From assembly GCA_016783715.1 (NCBI GenBank), contig JADHWA010000001.1, forward strand, positions 118 to 64,117: DNA of 64,000 nucleotides, read 5' to 3'. This stretch comes from Candidatus Omnitrophota bacterium. Its GTDB lineage: Bacteria > Omnitrophota > Gorgyraeia > Gygaellales > Profunditerraquicolaceae. Under the pieces are notes generated by a model, which did no database searches, was not told the origin of the DNA, and was given only the letters and a program-made list of their open reading frames with translations. Both the position numbers and the translations under genes were made by a program. Positions 9,346 to 18,308 of the stretch are shown here, one piece after another; within the stretch, counting starts at the first letter, position 1; each line of letters starts with the position of its first letter.

Positions 9346-10711
9346 ACAGCTCCAGGTATTGTCTCGCCGCTTCATCCCAGGAAAAATCATATTTCATGAC
9401 TTTTTTAACCAGTGTCTCCCATCCCGGTTTATCTGCGTAAGCACTAATCGCTCTCTGTATGGCCTCAACTAATCCCTCTTGATCATATCTATCAAAGACA
9501 AATCCGTTCTCCGGGCTAACGGTATCGGCCAGGCCTCCGGTTTTAAAGACCAAAGGAAGAGTGCCGTATCGAAAACTGATCAACTGGCTCAATCCGCAAG
9601 GTTCATACTTCGATGGCATCAGGAATAAGTCGCTGCCGGCATAGACTTTATGCGACAGGGGATTATCGAATCCCGGACGCAGGCAAAATTTTCCCGGATA
9701 TCTTTTGGCCAGCTTCTCTAAGACAGGATAATAATTTAGCTCCGGCATGCCTAGCACCACTAGCTGCAGATCCATCCCGCAGATCTGATCAATGGCCTTA
9801 ATCAACAGATCAATCCCTTTCTGCCCGGTGAGCCTGGATACCATACCGAACAACGGTAGATCAGCCCTAATATTAAGACCACAAGCCCTCTGCAGATCCT
9901 CTTTATCTTTACTCTTGCCTTCAAGATTATCCGATAGATAAGTGCTGGCGATATATTTATCGTTCTTTGGATCCCAGATAGAGTAATCTACGCCGTTTAA
10001 AATACCTATCAATGAACTCCTGTGTTTCTTCAAAACTTCCGCTAACCCAGCCCCATATTCTTCTGTCTGGATTTCCCGGCTATAGGTAGCGCTAACAGTA
10101 CTTATTGCATCGCAATACTCTATCCCACCTTTAAGCAGATTAAGCCTACCATCAAACTCTAAACCTCCCGGACCAAGCAGGCGTTCAGGAAGGCCTAACT
10201 TAGGGAACTCCTGCTTAGGAAACTGCCCCTGATATACAACATTGTGTATTGTTAATACGGTCTTTGCCTGCTTAAAAAACTCCTCCCGGGCATATAATTC
10301 CTTAAGAAAGATAGCAATCAGGCAGGTATGCCAATCGTGCAAATGGATAATCTCAGGCTGAAAATCTATCTCCTTCAATAAAGCAATAGTTCTCCTCGAA
10401 TAATACAAGAATCTATCAAGGTTATCCTTATAATCCTGATCTACGTCACCATAGATACCATCCCGATCAAAAAACTTTTTACTCTCAACAAAATAGACCT
10501 TTGTAGCCTTACCGATATTCGCCACTGATATATCCGGACTCAGACTCTCAATCTTTATCCCTGCGCTGCCTTCATCCTTATAACCGGGGACCACCACAAC
10601 TACCTGACACCCTTGCTTCTCTAATGCCACAGGCAGCGCCCCTAACACATCGGCAAGGCCGCCGACCTTAGAAAATGGCACCATCTCCGCAGCACACATT
10701 ACTACCTTCAT
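9332..10711 (-). CDS. glgA: glycogen (starch) synthase
   Basis: MKVVMCAAEMVPFSKVGGLADV GT5 N-terminus, GT1 C-terminal domain. Confidence 0.8.
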   Translation of the reverse strand: MKVVMCAAEMVPFSKVGGLADVLGALPVALEKQGCQVVVVVPGYKDEGSAGIKIESLSPDISVANIGKATKVYFVESKKFFDRDGIYGDVDQDYKDNLDRFLYYSRRTIALLKEIDFQPEIIHLHDWHTCLIAIFLKELYAREEFFKQAKTVLTIHNVVYQGQFPKQEFPKLGLPERLLGPGGLEFDGRLNLLKGGIEYCDAISTVSATYSREIQTEEYGAGLAEVLKKHRSSLIGILNGVDYSIWDPKNDKYIASTYLSDNLEGKSKDKEDLQRACGLNIRADLPLFGMVSRLTGQKGIDLLIKAIDQICGMDLQLVVLGMPELNYYPVLEKLAKRYPGKFCLRPGFDNPLSHKVYAGSDLFLMPSKYEPCGLSQLISFRYGTLPLVFKTGGLADTVSPENGFVFDRYDQEGLVEAIQRAISAYADKPGWETLVKKVMKYDFSWDEAARQYLELYERV

Positions 10712-13242
10712 TTAACAGACTCCATCTCCAGCCAATTCTTACCTTTCTTTACCGTGACCGTTATCGGGACCTTCAACTTCAAAGCAGATTCCATCCGCTC
10801 TCTGATTAATTCTATAGATTCCTTAAGCTCATCCTGCGGCACCTCAAATACCAGCTCATCATGAACCTGAAGCAACATCGCAGTCTTTAATTTCTTCTCC
10901 TGTATTTGATGGTATATATTAACCATCGCTAATTTTATCAAGTCGCTTGCCGAACCCTGTATCGGAGTATTTACCGCCTGGCGTTCGCTAAGCGCTCGGA
11001 TAGCCATATTAGAGCTGTTTATCTCAGGCAGATACCTGCGCCTTCCCAGTATTGTAGTAACAAACCCTTCTTCTCTGGCTCTTGTTATCTGCTCCTCTAT
11101 ATATTCTTTTACTTTCGGATACCTGAGGAAATAGGCGTCGATAAACTGCTGGGCATCTTCGAACGATATATTCAAGTCGCGCGAGAGCCCGTATGCACTC
11201 AAGCCATAGACTATACCGAAGTTAATCCGTTTTGCTACTTCTCGCATCTGATCATCCACATCTGTCTCCTTGATATCGTAAATCAAGGAAGCGGTGATCT
11301 TATGAATGTCTTTGCCGTCTCTGAAGGCTTCAATCAGCCTCTGATCTCCACAGAGATGGGCCAAAATCCTTAGCTCAACCTGAGAATAATCACAGGAGAC
11401 AAGATCCCACCCGGCAGCCGAAACTATAACCGCACGCCTGATCTGACTGCCTAAATCTGTCCTGATAGGAAGATTCTGCAGATTGGGATTGGCAGAACTT
11501 AAGCGGCCGGTTTCTGTGCCGGTCTGCTTAAAAGACGTATGAATCCGGGAAGTCAACTTATCGGCCAATTCCGGAAGCGCATCAATATATGTGCTCTTTA
11601 ATTTCATCAGTTGGCGATACTCCAGCAACATAGCCGGCAGCTTGTGCTTTTTGGCCAGCTTTCTTAAAACCTCCTCATTGGTAGAAGGCCCGGTTTTAGT
11701 CTTTTTGACCACCGGCAGTTTCAATTTTTCAAAGAGGATCTCTCTTAATTGCTTCGGAGAGTTTATATTAAAATCGGTACCGCTTGTACTATAGATCTCC
11801 TTGGTCAATTTTTTTAGTTTTTTCCCTAAATCCTCCGAAAGCCCCTTAAGAACTTTCCGGTCGATCTTTATCCCGTTTATCTCCATCTGGGCCAGCACCT
11901 CTACCAGAGGCATCTCAATATCATAAAAAAGCTTATCTAACGATTTATTATGGAGCTCCTTCTCCAGTTTTTGCTTCAATCTGACTATCGCTGTGATTGA
12001 GGTTGCCGCCTCAACAGGAGCAGCGAATCTGGCCTGGAGATACTCCCAGGATATATCCTCCAGGTCAAAGGCGCCTCCGGAGGGATTTAGTAAATAAGCG
12101 GCGATCATGGTATCAAAATACATGCCCCCTAAATCAACGCCGCAATCTTTCAATTTAATCCTGGTGGTTTTCAAATCGTGGCCGGATTTTTTTATCGAGG
12201 AGTCTGAGAGCACCTTCTTTGTCTGGGCGCCTGGAGAATTTAGCTTAAAAATTTTATCCCCCAGAGAAAAAAACATCTCTTGATTATCGGCCAAATAAAG
12301 GAAAATCTCTTTTTCCTTAATTGCCAGGTCAGCAAAATCTTTATCCTTCAGGGTATCTACCTTGATATCACACCTTTTCTCTTGTACAGGCAAGCTCCTA
12401 AGCAGCGACTTGAACTCAAACTGTTTAAATAATTTAAAGAGTTCATCTAAATCCGGTTCCTCGACCCTGGTCTCTGCAATCCCTATCTTGATCTCAGGCC
12501 TGCTGCCTAACACCGCTAATTCTTTACTTAGGCGCAAAATCTTGATTTCAGCCTTAATGCTTTCTTTTAATTTTCCCTGCTTTAGGGTATCCAGATTCTT
12601 AATCAGGTTCTCCACGCTCCCAAACTCTTTGATCAGCTTAACAGCGGTCTTCTCTCCGATGCCGGAGACCCCCGGAATATTATCGGCATTATCCCCCATC
12701 AGGGCGATAATATCCGGTATCGCCGATGGTTTTATCCCATAACGCTGGATGACCTTATCTTCATCATAAAGCGTACCCTCATCCTTATAGGGGCTGAAGA
12801 CTTCTACATTTTTATTAACTAACTGCAGCATATCTTTATCTGAACTGACGATGGTTGTAGAGATACCCTGATCCCCGGCTTTCTTGGCTAAGGTAGCGAT
12901 GACATCATCTGCCTCAAACCCTTCCTTCTCCAATATGGCGATCCCGTAAGCAGAGATTATCCTCTTAATCCAGGGGATCTGGCTACCCAGCTCATCTGGC
13001 ATCGGTGGCCGCTGAATCTTATACTCCGCGAACTTCTTCTGGCGAAAAGTATCCCGGGAAACATCAAAACAGGCCGCCAGATATTCAGGCTTCTCTTCCT
13101 TTAGCATCTTATCCAATATCTTTACAAAACCGTATATGGCATTGGTTGGCTGCCCGCTGGATGTGCTTAAGTTTTGCAGGCCATAAAACGCCCGATAGCA
13201 AAAGCCTGTAGCGTCTATCAGATACAAACGTTTATTCTTCAT
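10708..13242 (-). CDS. polA: DNA polymerase I
   Basis: 5'-3' exonuclease N-terminus, family A polymerase motifs (DYSQIELR, QVHDELV). Confidence 0.9.
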   Translation of the reverse strand: MKNKRLYLIDATGFCYRAFYGLQNLSTSSGQPTNAIYGFVKILDKMLKEEKPEYLAACFDVSRDTFRQKKFAEYKIQRPPMPDELGSQIPWIKRIISAYGIAILEKEGFEADDVIATLAKKAGDQGISTTIVSSDKDMLQLVNKNVEVFSPYKDEGTLYDEDKVIQRYGIKPSAIPDIIALMGDNADNIPGVSGIGEKTAVKLIKEFGSVENLIKNLDTLKQGKLKESIKAEIKILRLSKELAVLGSRPEIKIGIAETRVEEPDLDELFKLFKQFEFKSLLRSLPVQEKRCDIKVDTLKDKDFADLAIKEKEIFLYLADNQEMFFSLGDKIFKLNSPGAQTKKVLSDSSIKKSGHDLKTTRIKLKDCGVDLGGMYFDTMIAAYLLNPSGGAFDLEDISWEYLQARFAAPVEAATSITAIVRLKQKLEKELHNKSLDKLFYDIEMPLVEVLAQMEINGIKIDRKVLKGLSEDLGKKLKKLTKEIYSTSGTDFNINSPKQLREILFEKLKLPVVKKTKTGPSTNEEVLRKLAKKHKLPAMLLEYRQLMKLKSTYIDALPELADKLTSRIHTSFKQTGTETGRLSSANPNLQNLPIRTDLGSQIRRAVIVSAAGWDLVSCDYSQVELRILAHLCGDQRLIEAFRDGKDIHKITASLIYDIKETDVDDQMREVAKRINFGIVYGLSAYGLSRDLNISFEDAQQFIDAYFLRYPKVKEYIEEQITRAREEGFVTTILGRRRYLPEINSSNMAIRALSERQAVNTPIQGSASDLIKLAMVNIYHQIQEKKLKTAMLLQVHDELVFEVPQDELKESIELIRERMESALKLKVPITVTVKKGKNWLEMESVK

Positions 13243-13297
13243 TGATTAATTCAATGGATTTCATTTTCGCGGCAGGAAAAATTTGCTTTGCGGTCTT

Positions 13298-14107
13298 TTA
13301 TTTTGTCAATAGCCGTAATTGGATCTTCTCGACAAACTCTGAAATCTCCTCATTCCTGGGATCCAGCTGCATTGCGCTGATTCCGTCCCGAAAGGCCTCG
13401 GCCAGCTCGTCTCTCTGATAGTGCCCTCTGGCTCGCCCCAGATAGACCTTGGCAGCCTCTAAATCATCAGCTCTCATTAATTCCTTCTGAGCGGAGATAT
13501 CAAGTGCCAAATCCACTGCTTTGTTTTCTTGTACTACGTCGATATCCTTACCTAAAGCATAATACACGTCATTTAACCGCCCGCTTGCCCTCTCGGTCCA
13601 GGGATCATTGGGGTCCCCCAGGTCAATTCTCTTCTCCCAATAAGTAGCAGCTTCCTCAAACTTCCTCTGGCCCTGATACAGAGAAGCTAAATTAAAGTAT
13701 GCGCCCAGATATCCCGGATCAACCATGATTGCCATCTTATAGGCCTCTTCGGCTGCCACTATATTCCCCAAGGCCTCAGCGGTTATCCCCAGGTCGTTGT
13801 AGGCAGTCGCATATAGCGGATCCGCATAAACCGCCCTCTGGTAGAAGCTCATGGCCACCTGATAATTACCTCCGCCCTGGGCTTCTGCACCGAGGCTCCT
13901 GTATTCCCTGGCCATCCTGCGCAAAGGAAACAGGTCGTCATCCTCATCTAGAGTTGCGTCAGGTGATTTATCCCTGGAACCTGGTGGTTTTACGAAGTCA
14001 AATTCGAAGGTATCCGCGCTGGCAACACTAGAGACAAAAAAGCCGCTTAGTAGAATTGATAAAATTAAGCTGATTCTTAACGTAATTTTAAAGGCGGGAT
14101 GAGGCAT
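13298..14107 (-). CDS. secreted TPR-repeat protein
   Basis: signal peptide plus several TPR-like repeats (AYNDLG, AYFNLASLY). Confidence 0.6.
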   Translation of the reverse strand: MPHPAFKITLRISLILSILLSGFFVSSVASADTFEFDFVKPPGSRDKSPDATLDEDDDLFPLRRMAREYRSLGAEAQGGGNYQVAMSFYQRAVYADPLYATAYNDLGITAEALGNIVAAEEAYKMAIMVDPGYLGAYFNLASLYQGQRKFEEAATYWEKRIDLGDPNDPWTERASGRLNDVYYALGKDIDVVQENKAVDLALDISAQKELMRADDLEAAKVYLGRARGHYQRDELAEAFRDGISAMQLDPRNEEISEFVEKIQLRLLTK

Positions 14108-14119
14108 TTATTTGATTTT

Positions 14120-14147
14120 ATTATACATCCGAATACTGTATGGTCAA
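14120..14147 (-). promoter_or_regulatory. sigma70-like promoter candidate (TTGACC-16-TATAAT) for the TPR gene
   Basis: the -10 lies 12 nt upstream of the ATG; the -35 overlaps the first repeat of the upstream array. Confidence 0.5.
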
Positions 14148-14300
14148 GGAAAATTTACCTCTGGTAACAAGGAATTTTCCTTGATCTTGAGCAACGGAAG
14201 AGCGAAAGATCTCAAGGAAAATCTACACCTACATAGCCCCTCTCTCCTTGATCTCGAGGAGCAAAAGCGACGAGAGATCTCAAGGAAAATTTACCTCTGG
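14142..14300. promoter_or_regulatory. 68-bp periodic repeat array: TCAAGGAAAAT(T/C)TAC at 14144, 14212 and 14280, with inverted partners (CAAGGAATTTTCCTTGA, CCTTGATCTCGAGG)
   Basis: direct repeats exactly 68 bp apart, each with a dyad half-site; sits immediately upstream of and overlapping the -35. Confidence 0.55.
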
Positions 14301-14309
14301 AGACAGAGA

Positions 14310-16490
14310 TTACATCATCGGATCCATCTCTAAGGCCGGATGTTTTAGCTTCTGTAATGACTCCAATAGCTGCTCAGAAGTAGTTGTGGTTGTTTCATCT
14401 GCGATTTTTTCGATCAGATCCGGCTGGCCAAGCTCTTCGGCCCTCTTCTTTAATTTATCCCCCAGGAGTTCTTTGAGCTCCTTAGGCATCCAGAGCAGCC
14501 GTTTTAGCCCTCCTTCAGCAGAGATGAATTTCTTACTTACAAGGTATAATTTTCCTACACCTAAAAATCCGGGAGTCTGGACCCCGCCACCAACTGACCC
14601 GGCAAGAGTAGTAAAACTCATCCCGCAGGGGGTCATCCCGGAATAATCACGATGCACTACCATTACCCCGTTTGCTTCAGGAATAATTGCTACAATACAT
14701 TCAAAGCAGCCGCAGGAAGATTGCGGAGAGTCCATCAGCGAATACATACTCACTTTCTCTATGGTTTTATTTGATTTGCTGTAGAAGAATTCATTAATAT
14801 CTTTCCACTGTCCCAAATTCTGATCAACTACCGCTCCTTTAGCGACAGGTTGATTCGGTCCGGTAGGCGTAATCTCATAAGAAGCCTTCCCGTCCAGCCA
14901 GGAATAAGCCCCACATAGCCCCAGCCGCTCAGGAGTAATCATACAGACATGATTAGGAGCAAAGCTCTGACAGAGTGTACAGCTATAAAAGGTATCTACG
15001 CTCTCATCGGTCATTCCTCTTAAACGCTCGTCGCGCTCTTTAAAGGTATTACTGGCCTCTGCTAATAATTTTTCGAGATCCTCCTGCTTGGTATAGATTT
15101 TTATCTGCACCTTATCTACGATTGCGCTATACTCCTGATGCAACATCGCATGCAAGATCACGCCGATATGTTTAAGCCGGAATCCTTTACTGAAGGCCTC
15201 CTGAGAAACCCTGATCCAATTCATATCTCTCTGGCCCACATGCATCAGTCCCATAGCATAATTTACGAAACGATGGATCTGTCGCTCCAGAACAGGCTCA
15301 AAATCCTTCTGCATCTTACGTCCGGCGACTTCCACAATCAAGGCCAAAGGCATGGATTTTTTCCCCTTCTCAGGCTGATCTATATCAGGACCGATAATCT
15401 CGATCTTGCCGTCAACGACTTGATCCATATCTTTCATCGTCAGGTACTCAAATGCCTGTCCTGATTTACCCCCAAACTCAAGCTGAAGCTGCTCTTTACG
15501 CACACGCTCCCCCTCAAAAGCCGCTGCATAGGATACCGGCACTGCGATATTACTGACCTTGACCTTAACTCCCCTTACCTCGATACAGCGCGGGACTATT
15601 TTTTTATGATCCAGTTCCTTAACCAGGGCTTCATAGACGGTTATCCCGGAAGGCTTGATCTCGGGTATATCGGTATCAGCGATAATCGGAAAACCCATAT
15701 TGATCGCTCCGGCTCCGGTGGCATATTTAATATCATCCAATTCCCCCAAAACCAGCCCAAAGGCAAATACGCGTTCCTTTGTATAGAGAAGACACTTCTC
15801 GGCCTGGCCAGGCTTAATACCTCCGAAGGTCAGAGCCGAGCGAATTGCCCAATTCAAAGGATAGATACCGGAGATGGTATCCCGTCCGTATGGAACGATA
15901 TAATTATCCCACCCCATCTGGACATTCTCTTCTATTAACTGGTCAATTATTGAACGTCCGTTTACCGATGAACCGACAAATGCCAGGATATTTCTCTGCT
16001 GAAGCTCTCGCACAATCTTTACCGCTGTCTGATTATCCGGGGCGGCACCCAATATCGCAGCAAACCCGGGCATGCGCCCATCAACCAGCTGGATCCCCAG
16101 TGAACGCATAATAGTATCAGTAAAGAAGCCATTGCAATCTTTCTGCGGTTCCTGCTGATATAGATAACGGAGTGCTACGATTATCTCCTCAGAGAAGAGT
16201 GTGGCCATTCCGGCGTTTAGGGCATCCCCTAAATAAGGAAGCCATACTTTATCTGCCGGCACCTGAGGCAACAAACTCTCGGCATGTTTAAGGATAGCTA
16301 TGGCGTCCTTTAAGGTTTCAACCTTCACTCCCAAAAGCGCATTGGCCATAGGCATGTAAAATGCGGTCTCGGGAAATTCTATCCTTTGACTCTCTCCTTT
16401 TTCTTTAATCGCTTTATCCAGGAAATCAGATGCCTGCTTAAAGACCTCCCGGGATCCTCTAATAACTGCCTCAGCTACTATTTTAGACAT
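14310..16490 (-). CDS. acsB: CO-methylating acetyl-CoA synthase subunit (CODH/ACS alpha, AcsB)
   Basis: Near-collinear with Moorella AcsB: GKIEIIGPDIDQ, TFYSCTLCQSFAPNHVC, CGCFECIVAI, TPGFLGVGK, IADETT..HPALEMDPMM. Confidence 0.9.
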   Translation of the reverse strand: MSKIVAEAVIRGSREVFKQASDFLDKAIKEKGESQRIEFPETAFYMPMANALLGVKVETLKDAIAILKHAESLLPQVPADKVWLPYLGDALNAGMATLFSEEIIVALRYLYQQEPQKDCNGFFTDTIMRSLGIQLVDGRMPGFAAILGAAPDNQTAVKIVRELQQRNILAFVGSSVNGRSIIDQLIEENVQMGWDNYIVPYGRDTISGIYPLNWAIRSALTFGGIKPGQAEKCLLYTKERVFAFGLVLGELDDIKYATGAGAINMGFPIIADTDIPEIKPSGITVYEALVKELDHKKIVPRCIEVRGVKVKVSNIAVPVSYAAAFEGERVRKEQLQLEFGGKSGQAFEYLTMKDMDQVVDGKIEIIGPDIDQPEKGKKSMPLALIVEVAGRKMQKDFEPVLERQIHRFVNYAMGLMHVGQRDMNWIRVSQEAFSKGFRLKHIGVILHAMLHQEYSAIVDKVQIKIYTKQEDLEKLLAEASNTFKERDERLRGMTDESVDTFYSCTLCQSFAPNHVCMITPERLGLCGAYSWLDGKASYEITPTGPNQPVAKGAVVDQNLGQWKDINEFFYSKSNKTIEKVSMYSLMDSPQSSCGCFECIVAIIPEANGVMVVHRDYSGMTPCGMSFTTLAGSVGGGVQTPGFLGVGKLYLVSKKFISAEGGLKRLLWMPKELKELLGDKLKKRAEELGQPDLIEKIADETTTTTSEQLLESLQKLKHPALEMDPMM

Positions 16491-17748
16491 ACAGCTTCTC
16501 CTTATCTTTCACAAGATCCATGATATCAGGATATCCAAAGTTATCTTCCAACAATTTATCACGCAAAGTCGATACATCAATTCTCTCTCTGATCAATTTT
16601 AAAAATAAGCCGCTACTATTGATATTCCCCACCAGAACCGCCCCCACCAGTAAATTATTCTGCAAGACTACCTTTTTATATACATTAGCACCCCGGTCAT
16701 AGGTCTTGAGCTCAAGGTAGCCCTGAAGGTCTTTTAAGTTATAGATCCCCAAAGATACTGTGGGAAGCCCGAAGAACTCCAGCGAATTCATAGCTACCGA
16801 GCCGTCATATTGAATCTTCTCTCCGGCCATATTGCTGCCTGCGACCTTCCCCTGCTCTACGGCAACCGGCCATAATGCATTTACAGCTAATTTACCCAGC
16901 GTCAGATCAAAACTCTCGGCACAATCTCCGGCAGTATAAATATTTTCTATGTTTGTAGCCAGGGTATTGCCGGAAATTATCCCCATCCCTGTTTTAATAT
17001 CGGTATTTTTGACTAAGTCTATATTCGGCGATACACCCTTGCCGACGATCACCAAAGATGCCCCGATGGCCTTTCCAGAATCAAGTTTTACCGCCTTGAT
17101 CTCTTTTTCTTCCCCGATAATCTCTGAGACCCCTTCTCCTAAGACCACCTCGATACCGTTATCCTCCAGTTTCTTTTTTACTAAACCGGCTGCCTCGGGA
17201 TCCAATATCTGTGATAATACCTGGTTGCTTCTTACGATAACTTTTACATCTACGCCTCGCTTTTTTAAGGCGTAGGCAACCTTCAGGCCTACTAAACCGC
17301 CGCCTAAAACACAGGCAGATTTTGTAACCGCCAACAACCCGTCAATATCCATTGTATTCTTTAAGGTGCGAAAGCCAAATACGCCGGTCTTTTTGATCCC
17401 CTTGGTATCGGGGAATTTTGGCGAGGCTCCGGTTGCAATAAGCAGGGAGTCATAGTCAAATGCGCTCTTATCCTGACAGACGATACGGTTCTTTTTAGGG
17501 TCAACCCGGGTTACTTTTTTATTTAAAATAAGTTCTATATTATTATCTTTGTAGAAACTCTCCGGCCGGTATAAAATCTTCTCTTTCTTAACATCACCCG
17601 CCAGATAGTAAGAGATCAGGCAGCGGCAATAAGAAGGATGCTCTTCATCCGAGAGAACGATAATCTTGGAGTCTTTATCCCTGCTTCTTATCGCCTCAAC
17701 CGCCGAGAGGCCTGCGGCTGAATTCCCTATAATTACGAACTGCTTCAT
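16483..17748 (-). CDS. FAD/NAD(P)-dependent pyridine nucleotide-disulfide oxidoreductase (CooF-associated)
   Basis: VIIGNSAAG dinucleotide fold plus a second GGGLVG fold; sits after cooS-cooF as in clostridial and Carboxydothermus CODH loci. Confidence 0.7.
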   Translation of the reverse strand: MKQFVIIGNSAAGLSAVEAIRSRDKDSKIIVLSDEEHPSYCRCLISYYLAGDVKKEKILYRPESFYKDNNIELILNKKVTRVDPKKNRIVCQDKSAFDYDSLLIATGASPKFPDTKGIKKTGVFGFRTLKNTMDIDGLLAVTKSACVLGGGLVGLKVAYALKKRGVDVKVIVRSNQVLSQILDPEAAGLVKKKLEDNGIEVVLGEGVSEIIGEEKEIKAVKLDSGKAIGASLVIVGKGVSPNIDLVKNTDIKTGMGIISGNTLATNIENIYTAGDCAESFDLTLGKLAVNALWPVAVEQGKVAGSNMAGEKIQYDGSVAMNSLEFFGLPTVSLGIYNLKDLQGYLELKTYDRGANVYKKVVLQNNLLVGAVLVGNINSSGLFLKLIRERIDVSTLRDKLLEDNFGYPDIMDLVKDKEKLYV

Positions 17749-18194
17749 ACTTTAACCTCTGCTTCCTCACACCAGATGATCGCCCCTGTTGGACAGGCCT
17801 TCACGCATGCCGGTTCATCCTTATCCTGGCATTTATCGCAACGGATAGCCAGTTTTGTCAAAATATTTGGTCTTATCGCCCCGTATGGACAGGACATCAC
17901 GCACATCCAGCATCCTACACAGCGCTCCTGGTCATAGACAACCATATCTTTCTGGTCATCACGATATAATGCTGCGGCCATACAGGCATCAACGCATTTA
18001 GGCTCTTTACAATGCCTGCAGGAGACAGGATAATTATTACCCTTGCTGGAGTGGACTTTTTTTCTGGGTAAAGATTTCTTCTCTTCCTTAATCGCCTTAA
18101 ATATATCCTGGGTTAGCGAGTGTGCCAGGCTACAGGCGAGCTCGCAGGACTTGCATCCTAAACATTTTTTTACATCATAATAAAGCTTCTTCAT
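17745..18194 (-). CDS. cooF: CODH-associated 4Fe-4S ferredoxin
   Basis: four CxxCxxCxxxCP clusters; the track N-terminus MRSF arises from the repeat element, likely start MKKLYY at 18194. Confidence 0.75.
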   Translation of the reverse strand: MKKLYYDVKKCLGCKSCELACSLAHSLTQDIFKAIKEEKKSLPRKKVHSSKGNNYPVSCRHCKEPKCVDACMAAALYRDDQKDMVVYDQERCVGCWMCVMSCPYGAIRPNILTKLAIRCDKCQDKDEPACVKACPTGAIIWCEEAEVKV

Positions 18195-18296
18195 AAATGA
18201 ACGCATAACTTACGATCCGCCGCAGGCGGAGAGTAAGTTATATGCGTGAATTTATTCCCGGGCTCTGGTGGTGCGCAAAGGAAGCCCGGGAATCTC
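18194..18296. repeat. type-B two-hairpin repeat element (cooS stop to cooF start)
   Basis: TAAATGAACGCATAACTTAC..GTAAGTTATATGCGTGAATTTATTCCCGGGCT..AGCCCGGGAATCT. Confidence 0.7.
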
Positions 18297-18308
18297 CTAC
18301 TTATCAAT

